From contig NW_024704742.1 of assembly GCF_018977255.1 (NCBI RefSeq), positions 40,798,001 to 40,862,000 on the forward strand: a DNA stretch of 64,000 bases, in the 5' to 3' direction. The translations under genes and the position numbers were made by a program. The notes under the pieces are model-generated. The model did no database searches. It was not told the DNA's origin and worked only from the letters and a program-made list of their open reading frames with translations. This document shows positions 38,572-52,380 of this stretch, one piece after another. Source of the stretch: Callorhinchus milii (Eukaryota). Every line of letters begins with the position of its first letter. The stretch's first letter is position 1.

Positions 38572-38842
38572 GGCTGGCTGGCCTGTCATCAGCAGTGCCC
38601 TGGAGTATTTGAGACCTGCCTGGCTCAGAAACCAGACTACCGAGACCACCACTGAAGACTGACCCAGGTTCTGCCATTTCATTGCGAAGCATATAACCTT
38701 GGGAGCCAGGTCAGCTTACCTCCGCCATCACCTCCCCAAGGAGGATAGTCACTAATTAGTTGGTCATTTGACAACCAACAAGTTCAGGTTTAAACCGTCA
38801 CTAGGTGGATAGCAGGCACCAGGAAATCCTAGCATGAAATGC
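38572..38842 (+). repeat. Unclassified old interspersed repeat
   Basis: Shares GGCTGG..TGTCA...CCTGGCTCA.GAAC..G.CTAC...ACCA with about 218-320 and 3380-3490, and AAGGAGGATAGTCACTA...GGTCATTTGACA...AGGTGGATAG...TAGCATGAAATGC with about 796-940. Confidence 0.7.
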
Positions 38843-39823
38843 ACCAGAGATTCACCATGATCCTCCTGCGCAAAGCTTGGACACACATGCCTACCCATTG
38901 AGCAAGGTGTTCTTGTATCAGTCGATGGTATAATATTACAAGGCTGTCCTCCAGTCACTTACCAATAGTGTGAAGGGAAAGGGAAAACCTATGTTAAACT
39001 GTGTTACTTATTGCTCCTAGGGACTTAAGGTAGGATCTAATAGAAATCTTCAAACCTCTAAAGGGTTCTGAGAGAATAGATGGTGAAAAACTATTGGTAC
39101 TATTTGACAAATTTTGTAATAAGGTCATAAGATCAGGATCGTCATTAGAAGAGTTGCAACAAAGATTGGAACAAATATTTTCACACATTGGGTTTACCAC
39201 AAGTGGTTATTGAGGCCATAACAAAAACAACTCTCATTGTTTTCCAGAAAGTGTGTAGCATTGTTTGGAAATATACTACAATACTGCATCGTAGTTACCT
39301 AGTAATATAATAAAACATTCTGCATTGTACTAACTTTGTTACAATGACAATGGGCTGCCCAATTTTTAAGTGAATGCTGTCTTGTTACACCACTCACAAA
39401 TCAATCAGAAATCAAGATGTTTAGTTTTTATATTGTCAGAATGCACATCATGTACTTTAGTCTCATGAGATCTATTCTTCAGTTACAAATATTTCCACTT
39501 ATTTATAGCTGCTATTTGTATGATACTTTTGCCAAAACAGTATATGGCTATGAAAAATATGCATTTTCTGAAAGATAAACTTACCTAAACAATTTGTCAA
39601 CACAGTTTGATATTTATGTCAATATCTATACAAGTGCAGTACAATTCCCTTTTCAAATATGTATCATAAAATTGCTCAAAAGTTTATGCTTCCATTCAGC
39701 CATGGAACTGATCATGTTTTGTTTGTATATGTAGTTCTGGTTCAGCAGTGAATCATGTCATCTGCTACAATTAAACTAAATCCACTCACATCTGTTATAA
39801 AGGGCTTCAGAACCACTGAATGG

Positions 39824-40139
39824 AATAATAATAATTCTTGCATTTGATATAGTGCTTTTCACATCTTATCGACGTCTCAAAGCGCTTCACAAAATAGACT
39901 GTAAAGTGAATTGACCGTATATTTGTGGGCGATACGCGGAAGCCAATTGCGCACAGCAATGTCCCACAAACAGTCGTGGATTGAAAATGGCGAATTTATT
40001 ATTGTTTTGTTTTTTGGAGGGATTATTATTAGGCGTGTGGAGTAAGGAAACTTGCCCAAGGTTTCGCCCTCTGCCTGGAATTGAACCCAGGTGTCTCGCT
40101 TGCAAGGCGAGTGCTCTAACCACTGAGCTACAGGACTCC
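39824..40139 (-). mobile_element. Full-length tRNA-Ala-derived SINE, same family
   Basis: Reverse complement of the 56838 copy; intact A and B boxes; possible short target-site duplication AATGGAA. Confidence 0.93.
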
Positions 40140-40378
40140 ATAATGGAAGCCAGTCATGAAAAATAATAGGATTGGTAACATAAGGAAAGAGAAATGAATA
40201 GTTATGTTTACAACCTATTTTGCTTGAGTAATTCATAAAGAACAATAACCCCCATCATCATCCTCCCTTCCTCCCTAAGTTCATTAATTTTCATTACAGT
40301 ATATACAATGAATTTTGCATCAGTCAAATTCTGAAATCATTTTGCTAAGGCACACAGCTGTGAAGCGAGGCAGGTAAC

Positions 40379-41215
40379 CAGGGCCAATAGAAAAAGGCGG
40401 AATCTGCTACAAACACCACCCCCGTTACAAACCTGCTATAAATGTAGTTTCTGGTCCTGGCTGTTTACCTGACGTCAACGTGAACAGGGTGGCTCTGGAC
40501 GCTTCACTCGGAGGCCTCTTTTTTGTGATAATCTATGTGTGAGAGTGTGTGTGTATGATTGTTTATAATATATATATATATCTTTCTTTTGCATTTGTGC
40601 GGCTCTGTGGTTGTGTGTCTGTGCCTCTCTCTCTGTGAATGTCTGTGTGAGTAATTATCTCTCCTCTGTGTGTTTGTGGGTGTGCCTGTGGGTGTCTCTC
40701 TATGTGAGTGTCTATCTCTCTCTGAGAATGCGTGTCTCTGTGTCTGATTGTGTGTCTCTCTGTGTGTCTCTGAGTGTGTGACGCTCTGTCTGTGAGTGTG
40801 TGTCTAGCTCTGTGTCTGTGAATGTATGTGTCTCTATGTCTGTGAGTGTGTGTGTCTCTCTGTGTCTCTGAGTGTGCGTGTGTATGTTTCTCTCTCTCTG
40901 TGTCTACCTGAGGTGCTGGGCCCTGAGAGCTCCTGTAGCCTCGCTGGTGTCCACCACCCAAAAAAAAGGCCAGCCAGTTTTTGTTGAAGCAATTGATATT
41001 TGTTTTTCAACAATCACATATATGTTATTTCTTCATGTTTAGCTTTTATCAATAAAGTGAAAATATTTAGGTTGGCAGTAAAATGTACCTTAAAGCACCA
41101 ATCAACTCTCCGCAATTTACTGCAAAATTCATCAAAAGGCGTCCTGTGATTTCCCTCAAAATTCCCCAAAATCTGCGCAATTTTGGGCAAATATTTCCAC
41201 ACTTTTCTATTGGCC
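40379..41215. mobile_element. Non-autonomous DNA transposon, hAT-like
   Basis: Terminal inverted repeats GGCCAATAGAAAA / TTTTCTATTGGCC; left end starts CAGGG; flanked by CAGGTAAC (40371-40378) and CAGGTAAT (41216-41223), a 7/8 target-site duplication. Confidence 0.7.
40537..40905. repeat. Compound cryptic (TG)/(TC) microsatellite
   Basis: About 370 bp of mixed TGTG and TCTC units inside the hAT-like element. Confidence 0.9.
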
Positions 41216-44200
41216 CAGGTAATAGCTACATAAAAGGTGTGTAGTACCGTAAATAAATTTGCTTTAGAGATTCATGCTCAATTTGCCCCATATATTATTT
41301 GGCATGAATATGTTCTACTACTACACAAACGCCTGGCTCCAATAATATAATAATCCTTGCATTTGATATAGCACTTTATCACGTCTTCAAGACATCTCAA
41401 AAGTGCTTCACAGAATATACCGTAGAGTGAATTGACTGTATATTTTGTGGGTGAAATACTCAGTAGAAGATAAAAGGCTTTGGTGACTGTAAATCGAGTC
41501 TTCGATAAATAAATTTTAAAAATAGGTTCCATTCACAGCATTTACGGACTTGTTTCTTCAGAAACCTGTTTGAAAATCAAAGATGGTGGAAACATGTTTT
41601 CTTCAAATTCATCGTGGGACAAAGACTTGCTTTGAAACAAGCTGTTGGAATTTTGAGAAAGTTTGTCATTGGTTTGCAGCTGGTGTTTCTAACAGCACAC
41701 TGAACCGACCGGTATGTGTGACCAAAAAGGTTTAAAGAATCTGAGATTTTTTGGGTTACATAGGAGAGAATGGAGCAGCTAATCGCAACCAATCTGGAGG
41801 AAAGGGATATACTAATCAACGTGCATCAATACACGTTAACAAGCCAATTCCGACATCAAAGCCACTAAATATTGATCCGACCAACCCATTTTGGGGAACT
41901 GTACTAACCTGTCATAAGCATTACATTGATGAAAAGCATAACTTTGATATGCACTTTCTTTACTAATCTTTTATTCAATTCTATTATTTAAAAGGAAATT
42001 TGTGTCGGCCCTTGCTTCACCGAAGGGTCATGAATTTATTTAATCCTTACACTATCTGAAACCTCTCACTTGCCAATGTCCATGTTCTGAAACTGATACA
42101 GTGTGTTGGACTGCACTTTTTCTGGGACCTTTCTGGTTTAAAAAAAAACTCCTCATTTCATATGTTCGTCTCTTTGTCCTCTTTTTCCAACACTTTCAAG
42201 TTCCTTTGACAGATTTACATGGGGTAGATTTGGTCTGATCAACACCAGACTTTTTTTTGAAGAAACAACCCAGTTGGACAGTGGGTCTCTCTACATATAC
42301 ACTGCATATACTATATATAGAATGCCTTGTATACCTAGACTTCAAAAAAATGTTATCACACAATATATGCACCATTGATCGATGTAAAAGCACTATGTTC
42401 TCTAATGCAAGATTTATGCAGTGCAGTTGAGGCTACAGAAACAGAGTTATTCATCATTTGATCCTCATCAGGGATAAATATTCTGCATTTAAGAGTCAAC
42501 AGATGTCAAGGTAACACTCAATAGGATATCTACCAGTACGCAAATAAGTTCCTAACACTGCTCTGCTTTTAGCACAATCAAGATTTACACATCAAGTCAT
42601 CTGCAAAGCTCTCATTTGCATAAAGCGTATTACACACATTGTTAATGTAAATTGGAAGATGACTGATGCAATGTTTCATTAAGTTTCTTCTCCAATAACC
42701 TCTCACTGTAAGTTCTTGTAAACTGAGGTGAACACACACACATGCTAATTCTTTTAAGATTGATGTAGTAGATTGGAAGGTGCAGTAATGCAGTTATTCC
42801 AAATGTAGTCCTGCTACATAATTATTTTGGGCAATCCCATGCTCGTTAAGTCATCTGCTTTACATTCAAGCCAAATTTACACAGTAGTCATTACTCTAAA
42901 CATCAACCTCATTTTCTATCCCAAATGAATCTGCACTTAGTTAGATATATTAAATTCCCTCTTTATTAGCATTTTGCAAAAAACAAATGTGTTAACCTTG
43001 TGAAAGCCCAGCAGAGGAACTACTGGAACATTTCACTTCCAATATCAACTAACATTCATTGAAATTCCCCTTAGAAGCGAAAGATGAAGTGGATGGGAAG
43101 AAAAACAAATTACTTCTTGATTTCCATAATGCTTCAAAAAAGAAAAAAACGTTCCTGGTGCTTCCCGCCGGTTCTCTCATCTCTTGGCTACTTCCAAGAA
43201 AAGAGAAAGTTTCTCCCGGTGTTTTGGCCAACAATCCCCCAGATTAAAAAATTGATCATTCCCTTCAATGTTATAGGTGAGAAAGTTTGATGTGATAAGG
43301 CGCTATATCAGATTCGCAAATTGTTAACCACTTCATTCAACATCTTTCACTTTGTTTGTTCATACTTTATGAATATTGAAAAAATATTTTCTGTTCATCT
43401 GTCTCTCTCTCTCCTCTCTCATAAGCAATGACCTTCAAACCAGACAATTCTCTGGTTAAACTGAAAGCACATCCACAATTTTTCCCAACCATAGCAAAAA
43501 CTGAATCCTTGAATGGTTGATCAACAGATCATTTATAACTGTGTCAAGCAACTACAATGTGTTGTTAGTTTTGACTCTGAATGTCTGACTCAACATGCTG
43601 TGCAAGTTTGAATGTAGAAGTGTTTGCCCACAAAAGGATCTCAAGCATTGCACAACAGATGTACACAATTGTGATCCGAAGTTAAACGCATTATGTTTAC
43701 TTCACACTGATGAGTGAAGCCCACTTCTGACAGATTACATCACTCAGTTTAGGAGCCTTGTTCAGTTTGCAATATGCTACAGTCCTTCGGAGATTAACTC
43801 AATTTGGTAGGATAAAGAGATGAATGAGCTTCTCTACAGCTTCTGTAGAAGCTATCTACAGCTTCTTCAACAAGGCAAGGTACAAGCAAGAAGTAAATGC
43901 TTGGCCTAATTTGTTCTGGAACATTAAAACCTGCATCTATGCCATCTGATGAGTGCTAAATTAGAGATTCCACAGTGATTTTGACCAATACATTAGAATT
44001 AGATGAGGCCTAATTTTGGTTAACACAAAAAAATTTTGGGGGTTCACTTAAAAGAAATAGGAATTAGACATTCCTTTAAGATTAAAAACAGTATTTTACC
44101 AACATAAGTCTACTAAATTAATACCATGCGACAAGTCAGCAGGGATAAAGCCCCTGTTGATACTTTTGAGCTCAACGTTTAGGCTGCCACGTTCACCTGC

Positions 44201-47200
44201 AAAATATAATCACTACATTTGGGTAATTTCTGTGAAGCACATTTGAGACATCCTCCTGACAGGAAAGGTACTTTATATCAAATGCAAAGATTATTAATCT
44301 TACATTTTTAAGATAAAAAAAATTATGTTCAAGGTTAAGGCTAGATGGAATTGCAGGCACATTGCCTCATTCAAAACATTGAACAGGTAAATGAGTTAAT
44401 GTTTCTTGGCATTTCTGCTCCTTATGCTCCCAATGTGTAAGTTGTCCCCAAAAGCAGTTGTAATGTTGTAAAAAAATGTTTAATTCCAGAGTACTTTGTG
44501 AAACAGCACACCTGTGGGGGTTAGTCCATCATCCAATTCCTTTAATTGTTAAGATAAAATGTTCTGCTTTAGCATTATAAAATGCTAAACGATTCATGCA
44601 ACATCAAAACATCAAAAGGGCATTGACATATTTAGCATTTAGAGACGATATTCAATACATAAGCATTTAAAAGCTTGCAATCTAAAATTACAACTGCAGA
44701 GAACAATTTACTGCAAGCGGATTGCACAGAATTAATCAAAATATATAAATGTGTTTCTCAGGGATGATCTGAACGGTTAGAATCTGGTACCTAGAATTAG
44801 TAGCAGTGAAGATATTGGACAATATGTGAGTTGTACTACACTTTTGGAGCTAGAACTGCTCTGAGTTGTGTTGAAATTCCACTTTCAAATCAGCATAAAC
44901 TATCTCTGCACACTTCCAAGAGTGGTAAAAAAAAACTGACCACCATGAATTGCAATGCAAGTAGGCTTTTTAAAATTAATTTCACTTCAATGATTGAAAA
45001 TATTAGAATATTCTGAGGAAAACAAAGATGCAACCTCAACTACAAAAAGGTAGAATTAGTGTAACGGCACAAATACATATTATGTTTCTGTGGTCTATAA
45101 AACTATATTTCTAGGTATCAGAAACAAATGGAAGATATAAGCGAAAGAGTCAGGTGGCTTGGGGGAAACAAAAACACAAAACTCCATCCCAACAATGCTA
45201 GTAAATGTGATTCCCATTTGGTGGACAAACTCTGAAGGGAATCCTCCGCTCGACATTGTGTCATGTCTCCCCAAGCTGATGGATGAAAGCAATGCTTACA
45301 TCCTCCTTCAATAAGATCATTGAATAACAAAAAATAATCATCCTTATCGTTATCATTGTGCCTTTCACGTCAGGATGGCTCAAGGCACCACGCAGGATAT
45401 ACTGAAAAGTGTATCCTACATTATAACAAACCCAGAACAGTCCATTCGCTCCTCAATGATAAATCAGTAACACAATACAACATTTAGTGCGAACATAAAA
45501 TGACTACGTGATATGAGCTAATGTTATGCCAAACTAACTCTTAGCTGCACAGATTGCAACATTTCTCAAAACACATCATTCTTGTATCAACTAATGTTGC
45601 CACCCACATTGCTATCTGATGTTAAATTGGGGCAATACTCAATATGAAATGGTCTTGTCAAACATACTAAGACCTATATCTATTTGCAACTGTCAGGGCC
45701 GGATTTAAAACCAGGTCCAAGAAGCAAAAGGACAGGTGCCCATCATCACATCATGTGTCAATACAACGTGTCCAGGTAATATGACATTAGCTTTCAAACT
45801 TTTCCTGCTTTAATGCAAGTTGCATATCCCAATACTTCAACACGAGGCTGGGGTGTGGTGGGGAGGGGGGTGGGGGTGGGAGGGAATACTGATTGACACC
45901 TAGAAGATCTCCCACCAGCAGAGTCAGAACATGTGCAGCCAGGAATCCAGTTCTTCATATTTCCATCCTCCTCCTTCAGAGCAAATTCAACATCTGTAAC
46001 CTTTTCAGTGGGTTGCGATAAAATCTGTTACTAACTTGCTTGGACAAGGCAGTTTGACATTTACTTTAGTGGAGGGAAGGTATATGGCACTACTTCTTAA
46101 GCCCTATGTTAGCAATTAAATCATGTTCCGTCCACTTGCTTGCTTTGCCAAGTTTGCTGAGTAAGTGCTATCAATTGTTGAGAAAAAAGGCCATGCCATG
46201 ATTTTTTTGTGTGTGCTCATCTTTATGACACTACTCCAGAGCTGCCTGTTCAGTTTACACTGGGACTCCTATTGTACCAGTCAGCACTTCAGGTTTTAAC
46301 TGTCAATAAGGAAAAACATGTCAATACAGAAGGAAGATTAAAGGTCTACGTGAATTACTGACATCTCTTCCCACCAGACAGACTGCAAAGGAAGATAACT
46401 GTGTCTCTTTTTAATCCCTTCCATTTTATAGTACATTGCACCAGAAAGACATTACATATATATTATATATATGTGTGTGTGTGTATATACACACACACAA
46501 GTGTGCGTCAAAGGAACTATATAAATGCAATTTGTTGTTGCTGCTGTTGTTTATTCTCCCAAGAAATTTCATCTTTCATAAACGGAAATTGCACATCTGA
46601 AGGGTAGCGCCCCAGAGAGCTTAACATAGAACCAAACTAGTTATGCTCATATAAAATGTAGGCTTCAGAGACGGAAGAGGTGCAAGACACAAATATCTAA
46701 CTATTCCAGCTTAAATATCTAAGTAACACATTGCAATTTTAAGGAAACAAAACAGTAAGCCTCAGGCTTTCCAACTCAAACTAGTTGATGACTGAATAGA
46801 ATTTATTTGAAAAGTCCAACAGGACTTTGTGAGATACTAGTTTTTTGTCTGTTAAATTTTTGGGGGGGTGGGGAGAGGAAGAAAGAAATCAATGGCCATC
46901 AAGTAGCTCCAAAACTGTTACTAAAAACAAGTTGAGGGCAATATTTAAGTTTTTCGTAACCAATTGAAATATAAAGGGAAACACATAACCATACTAGGCA
47001 AGATTAAGGAAACCTCATGAGACAGGAGAGTCTCATAAGTATTCTTTCAGCTGTGGTTTATGAATTATATAATAATAATAATCCTTGCATTTGACATAGC
47101 ACATTATCATGTCTTCAAGACGTCTCAAAGTGCTTCATAGAATATACTGTAAAGTGTAGTGACTGTATGTTTTGTGGTGTGAATTGAAGCAGTGACTTTG

Positions 47201-48282
47201 AAAACTGTCAAAGATCAGGCTCAAAAATTAACGATTCCATGACCTGCATCGGGAATTGAGACCACTAATCTCAAATTTCTAAACAGAGAAAGCTTCCAAA
47301 AAGTATATTCATATTTCTCCTTCATGCGAGACTCCAAAGTAGGCTCTCAAAATTTACAGAGCTCCCCTCCTCACAATTCCTACGGTCAAAAGTGAAAAGT
47401 ACTTAATTCCAATCTTTCGATTCTGTTCCATTTATTGAGATCAATGCCAGCACAATTTCATTTTCAGAGTCCTACAGAACCCCAAAATGATGCAACATTG
47501 ACCATAGCTCTGAGCCAAAACATTATTAAAAATAATACTTTTGGTGCCCTTGGTGTCATAGGACATTGATGTAGTATAGTGAAATTGGTGAACTATTTTA
47601 AGCAGGTTTTCAACTGTCATATGTGCCTCACCATTACGTAAATGAGATCAGCCCAAGTTGTATTGCTCTTAGTGCAGCTTCTCCATAAACCACCAAGAAG
47701 ACAAGTTTGACACATTAGCATTTTCAAGTCTTTTCGGAAGAGAATGCTTCATAACTTCAGGAACTGAAAAAGCAGCAAGTGCTTGTAGGAAGTATGAATC
47801 AATCAACTAAATGTCAGTTTGAACTTCTCAGTAATTTCTCTACCTGTACTCTACAGAAAAAACCTCATGAGAAAAGGCCTAAGAATATTTCTCCTTTTCT
47901 CCAAGTATGGTAGAAATAGAAACTCATGGGTTCAACCTTTGCAGTTTTTCCACAGACTTTAATTCCCAATTGTTTGCGACAGGAAATTAAAGGTAAAGGG
48001 AATTAAAATATAATTCAGGACAAATTTATAAGTAAGTTATAATGTTTAGATTTTTAGAATCCAACAAGACAATAACAATGTACATTTATATAACGCCTTT
48101 CACACCAGGAGAATTTCTCAAAGCGCTCAGCTGACCGGGAACCTGAGCTGGGGAGGGGGTGAGGAACCTCAGCAAACTGAATCTAAAATCTTTTGAGATG
48201 AAAATCCACTTGTAACAGACTGACTTAACCAAATTTGTTTCCATCAATATTTGATTAATTTTCCATCAACATATTGAGTACT

Positions 48283-49457
48283 GCCCACAGTACAGACAGC
48301 GTTCGTGAAATTCACAAACAATGTCCTCTCTACTTGTGACCAGGGCTCCTTCTGCCTTGTCGTCCTCCTGGACCTCTTCCGCCGCGTTTGAAACAGTCGA
48401 TCAAGCCATCCTCCTCCACCGCCTCTCCGCCATCATCCACGTCAGTGGGACCGCACTCACTTGGTTTGAGTGCTGAGCGCCAGCACTACATTTCCGCAAA
48501 TGTTTTTTCTTCTCGCCCTCACCGGGTCACCGGTGGGGTACTCCAAGGCTCCATCCGTGGCTTCCTTCTATTCCTCATCTATATGCTCCCTCTCAGTGAT
48601 GTCATCCGCAGACACAGGATTAACTTCCACATGTATGCGGATGATACGCTACATCTCCTCCTCCAGCTGGGGGTCGACCTCCAGTCCTCTGATGTTCTGT
48701 CAGCTTGTCTACCTACCCGGTCTGTCCTTAAAACTCTCTGAACCCGTGCGCAACTTAGGCGTCAGGTTCGATCCCTAATTATCTTTCCGCCCCACATCCG
48801 GTCCTACGCCAGGACCGCTTCCTCCACCTCCGTCTTATTACCCTTCTCCGACAATACAAACTCCACAAGCTGCTGAAACCCTTGTCCATGCCTTTGTCAC
48901 CTCTCAGCTGAACTACTCAAACGCCCTCCTCGCCGGTCTCCCCTCCTCCACTATTCACAAAATTCAACTCAGTCAAAACTCTGCCACCCGCATTCTCATC
49001 CGCACTAATCTCCACACCCCAATTACCCCAGTCCTTGCCAAATTCTGTTGGCTCCCTGTCACTGAGTGGATCGACTTCAAGATCCTCACTCTAGTGTTTA
49101 AATCCCTCCATGCCTTTGTATTCCCCTATTTCTCCAATCTCCTCTCTCCTCACAGCACTACCCGCTGCCTCCGCTCTAATAGCTCTGGCCTTCACCTTGT
49201 CCCTCGAATCCTCCGCTCCACCGTCAGCGGCCGTGCCTTCAGTCACTAAGCCCCGAAGCTATGGAACTCCCTCCCTCAATCCATTCGCCTTGCCCCCTCT
49301 TTCCCCATTTTTAGCTTGGGTCTGAGGACCTCCCTTTTAGACTGTGCCTGCAGTCACCTTCCCCCTCTCCCTGGCTCGGTATCAGGGTCCACTATTGTTA
49401 AACGTTCTGGGACACCCTCTGGCATGGAGGGTGCTATATAAATGCAAGTTGTTGTTG
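48283..49457 (+). mobile_element. L2 LINE fragment with decayed reverse transcriptase domain
   Basis: GVLQGS.RG.LLFLIYMLPL.DVIRRH.INFHMYADDT (YADD motif) with frameshifts; ends GGTGCTATATAAATGCAAG(TTG)n. Confidence 0.92.
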
Positions 49458-49573
49458 TAAGTACAGAAATGTCACACTGATATCATGTGTCAGTGAGCAG
49501 CCCAAGGTTCAATCATGCAACAAAAATGTTTGCTCAGGAAATAAATCACTTCATAGGCTCCTCGGTGTTTGTA

Positions 49574-49681
49574 CAAGGTGACTAAAAAGTCGTGATAACT
49601 ACCCTATCATCTAAAAAAAATCATAATTTCTTTAAGATTTATTAGAAATTGTAATGGCATCACAACTTTTTGGTCACCCTG
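49574..49681. mobile_element. 108-bp Tc1/mariner-type MITE
   Basis: TA|CAAGGTGACTAAAAAGTCGTGAT ... ATCACAACTTTTTGGTCACCCTG|TA; 20/23 TIR match with TA on both sides. Confidence 0.78.
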
Positions 49682-51499
49682 TATAGCCTACAGAAACTAA
49701 TTCACACTTCAGATGAGTGCACAAGTTAAAGTCCATGTTTAGAACTTTATAATACAGTATATGCTTTAATATTTGCAACAATAAATTCTGTAATAAAATT
49801 AAAATATTTAACCTGGACACCAGCGTTACACCAACCCCCCAGGCTTTGAATGCCTTGCTTCCCATAGCTTCAAAATGTTGGATTTTTTGATAAGCATGTT
49901 AATATGCTATTATCTTGCTTTGCCAGTTATATATATATACATACACTTATATATGCATAATATATATCCTTACATAATATGTATCCACATATATTTATAT
50001 ACACACACACAATATATATATTTCTTATATTTCCTCTCTTCCCCCTGATATTCTGATTTTGACCAACCCGGTTATTTTGATCTATACCTCTCCCCTGTCA
50101 TTGTTCCTCTTCCCCAACAATCTTCTGACCTGATCATATTTGGTACAGAAAATGGTTTGAATCTCAAAATTCTAGCTTTTTGAAACCAAACACACGACAA
50201 CAGCAATTACAGAAAAGTTCAAACACTTTCTTTTAAGGAAGGCTTCACCAAAACAATCCATCCGAGAGTGCCCAACTGCAGTCTTTGTGAAGCCTCACAA
50301 TCAACTGAACTGAGTTTTTTCCCCCGTCCAAGATTTTCATTGGAATTATTTTCCCTCACATATCTATGGCATGCTTAATCTATCTAAATTTGGGCTCAGC
50401 TGCAGAAGGCAAACCATAAAGCTGAAGATTTGCTGTGCACATCAGGCTAACAAATGAATCCTAGATTAACATCAGCTTACTGAGGCCAACACCTGGTCTC
50501 CACAGCAACAAAAGCAGAAAGCGCTATAAATAAGCTTCTCCCGGCAACCAGCAGAGAAAAATACTAATTCTTCCTTCCATGCTTTCAATGAGCTCCCAAT
50601 GGAACAGGTATCGAAGTACACTTCATAAAAAACACAAAAAATGCAGTGCAAAACTTGGCTCAATCAACCCACACTTGCTGGAACATTTCCTGCAAACTGT
50701 TCCTTATTATAAATTAACAAGGATTTTGAAGCAACAATGGACATGTAATTTGACAATACAAGCTTTTAGTCTATTCCAGAACTCCCACAATATCAACATT
50801 TTGGTAACTAATTCAACCTCTGTACACGATTATTCCACAGAAGAGAAAAATGTCATTAGCAGCAGAAACTGGAGGAAAAAACAGTTGGAGCTCAATGCTG
50901 TTTAAAATTAATAAAATTAAACAACATGTCAACCAACCAAAAAAATCAGTAGAAGCAAAGTTGAATGCTCCACATACGAGAAACAACTAATTCAGGATTC
51001 TTGTGACTGATGTCAGCCTAGTGCACACATTGTGTTGTTTGACTAATAAAGTGGAGGCTATACTGGGCTCCAAAGAGATGTACTAAAACCATAAACCACT
51101 ATTTGTGTCCACAATTTCTCATACTGCAAACCGTCAGTTTCATGCATGTAACACGCAGTTCAATTGAAGTGGACAATGGAGCAAAACTTGATCTTATCCT
51201 TATACATGTACACTTTCCATATAAAACAGAGCCCCACTGTTCCCCATCGCCACACCCGCTGAGTTACACACTACCTCATAAAATACCACCTCCACAATTA
51301 AGATCTGCTAGCTCAGCACAGACTAGAGATTCAACCGGGACCTTTCTTTTTCTCCAAGACCATCATGAAAGATGGAGCATATCCATGTGTCAGCCTGGCA
51401 CAGTGTCTCTCTCCTCTGAAAACTAACAATCCTAATGCCTAAAACTAAGACCTAAAAGCTAACAGTCTTTTAACAGCTAAATTAACAGCTAAGTTATCT

Positions 51500-52095
51500 G
51501 GTTGTTAATACAAAACCTTGGTTGGACCACATTGTTGAATTTATACAAAACCATGGTTAGACAACATTTGGAGTATTGTGTCCAATTCTTGTCTCCACAC
51601 TAAAACAAGGACATAACAGCAATGGAAATATTTCAATGTAGGTTTGGAAGTATGATTCCAGGGCTGGAAAATTACTGCCATCAGGATAGACTGGATAGGT
51701 TAGGTGTTTTTTTTTGCATTTAAGGGGGAGGAACCTAATAGAAGTGTTTAAAATTATACAAGGGTTCGATAAGGTTAACATAAATAGCTGTTTCCCCCGG
51801 TTGGGGAGTCCATAAGCAAGGCACACATGTATAAGATAGCAACTAGAGATCCATAAGAGAATTTAGGAGGAACTACTTCATGCAAAATGCAGTGAGATTG
51901 TGGAATCTGAAGCAGTAGTTGAATCAGATAGTGTAGATGCATTCAAGCAGAAGCTATACCTTCATATGAGGGAGAGGGGAATAGACAGGTATGGGAGAGA
52001 GTAAAGAATAGTTGAAGACTTTTGCAGAGTATAAACATTGGTATGGACGGATTGGGCCAAGTGGGCTTTTTCTGGGCTGTACATTCTTTGTAACC
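51500..52095 (+). mobile_element. Decayed CR1 LINE 3' fragment
   Basis: YKT.VR.HLEYCVQF.SP and LIEVFKIIQGFD remnants; tail-to-tail with the CR1 at 52381. Confidence 0.78.
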
Positions 52096-52380
52096 TTTGA
52101 AAGGCAAATGTATGCATCTTACAAGTCCAATATACTATACATCAATTCTGCAAAGAGATACTATTTTCTGAACAACCTTAAGTCAAAGATTTAAAATATA
52201 AATTTTCATTCACAACATTGTCATTTTTCACGTCTATTTACAAATACACATCGAAATTCATGACCTCAGGATTAATTTGCTATTCCCTATTCCATCCTAC
52301 AATAAGATAGTTCCATTCCATACCATAAAAGAAAGTTTATTCTTTTGTGAGCAAGATCTATGACAACTACATTTTACACA

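Noticed and set aside
39580..39600. AG|GTAAGT recursive-splice-like site in the 29-kb intron 1
   Set aside because: Poor polypyrimidine tract; one such motif is expected by chance in this length
40065..40139. tRNA-Ala(TGC)-like cloverleaf (also at 12648, 56838, 63437)
   Set aside because: D and anticodon arms are good, but the acceptor stem is poor and each copy continues into the same SINE body and ATT tail. These are SINE heads, not tRNA genes.
40563..40961. 132-aa His/Thr/Arg-rich ORF
   Set aside because: Translation of a TG/TC microsatellite
45846..45884. G-run cluster (potential G-quadruplex)
   Set aside because: A common low-complexity feature with no supporting context
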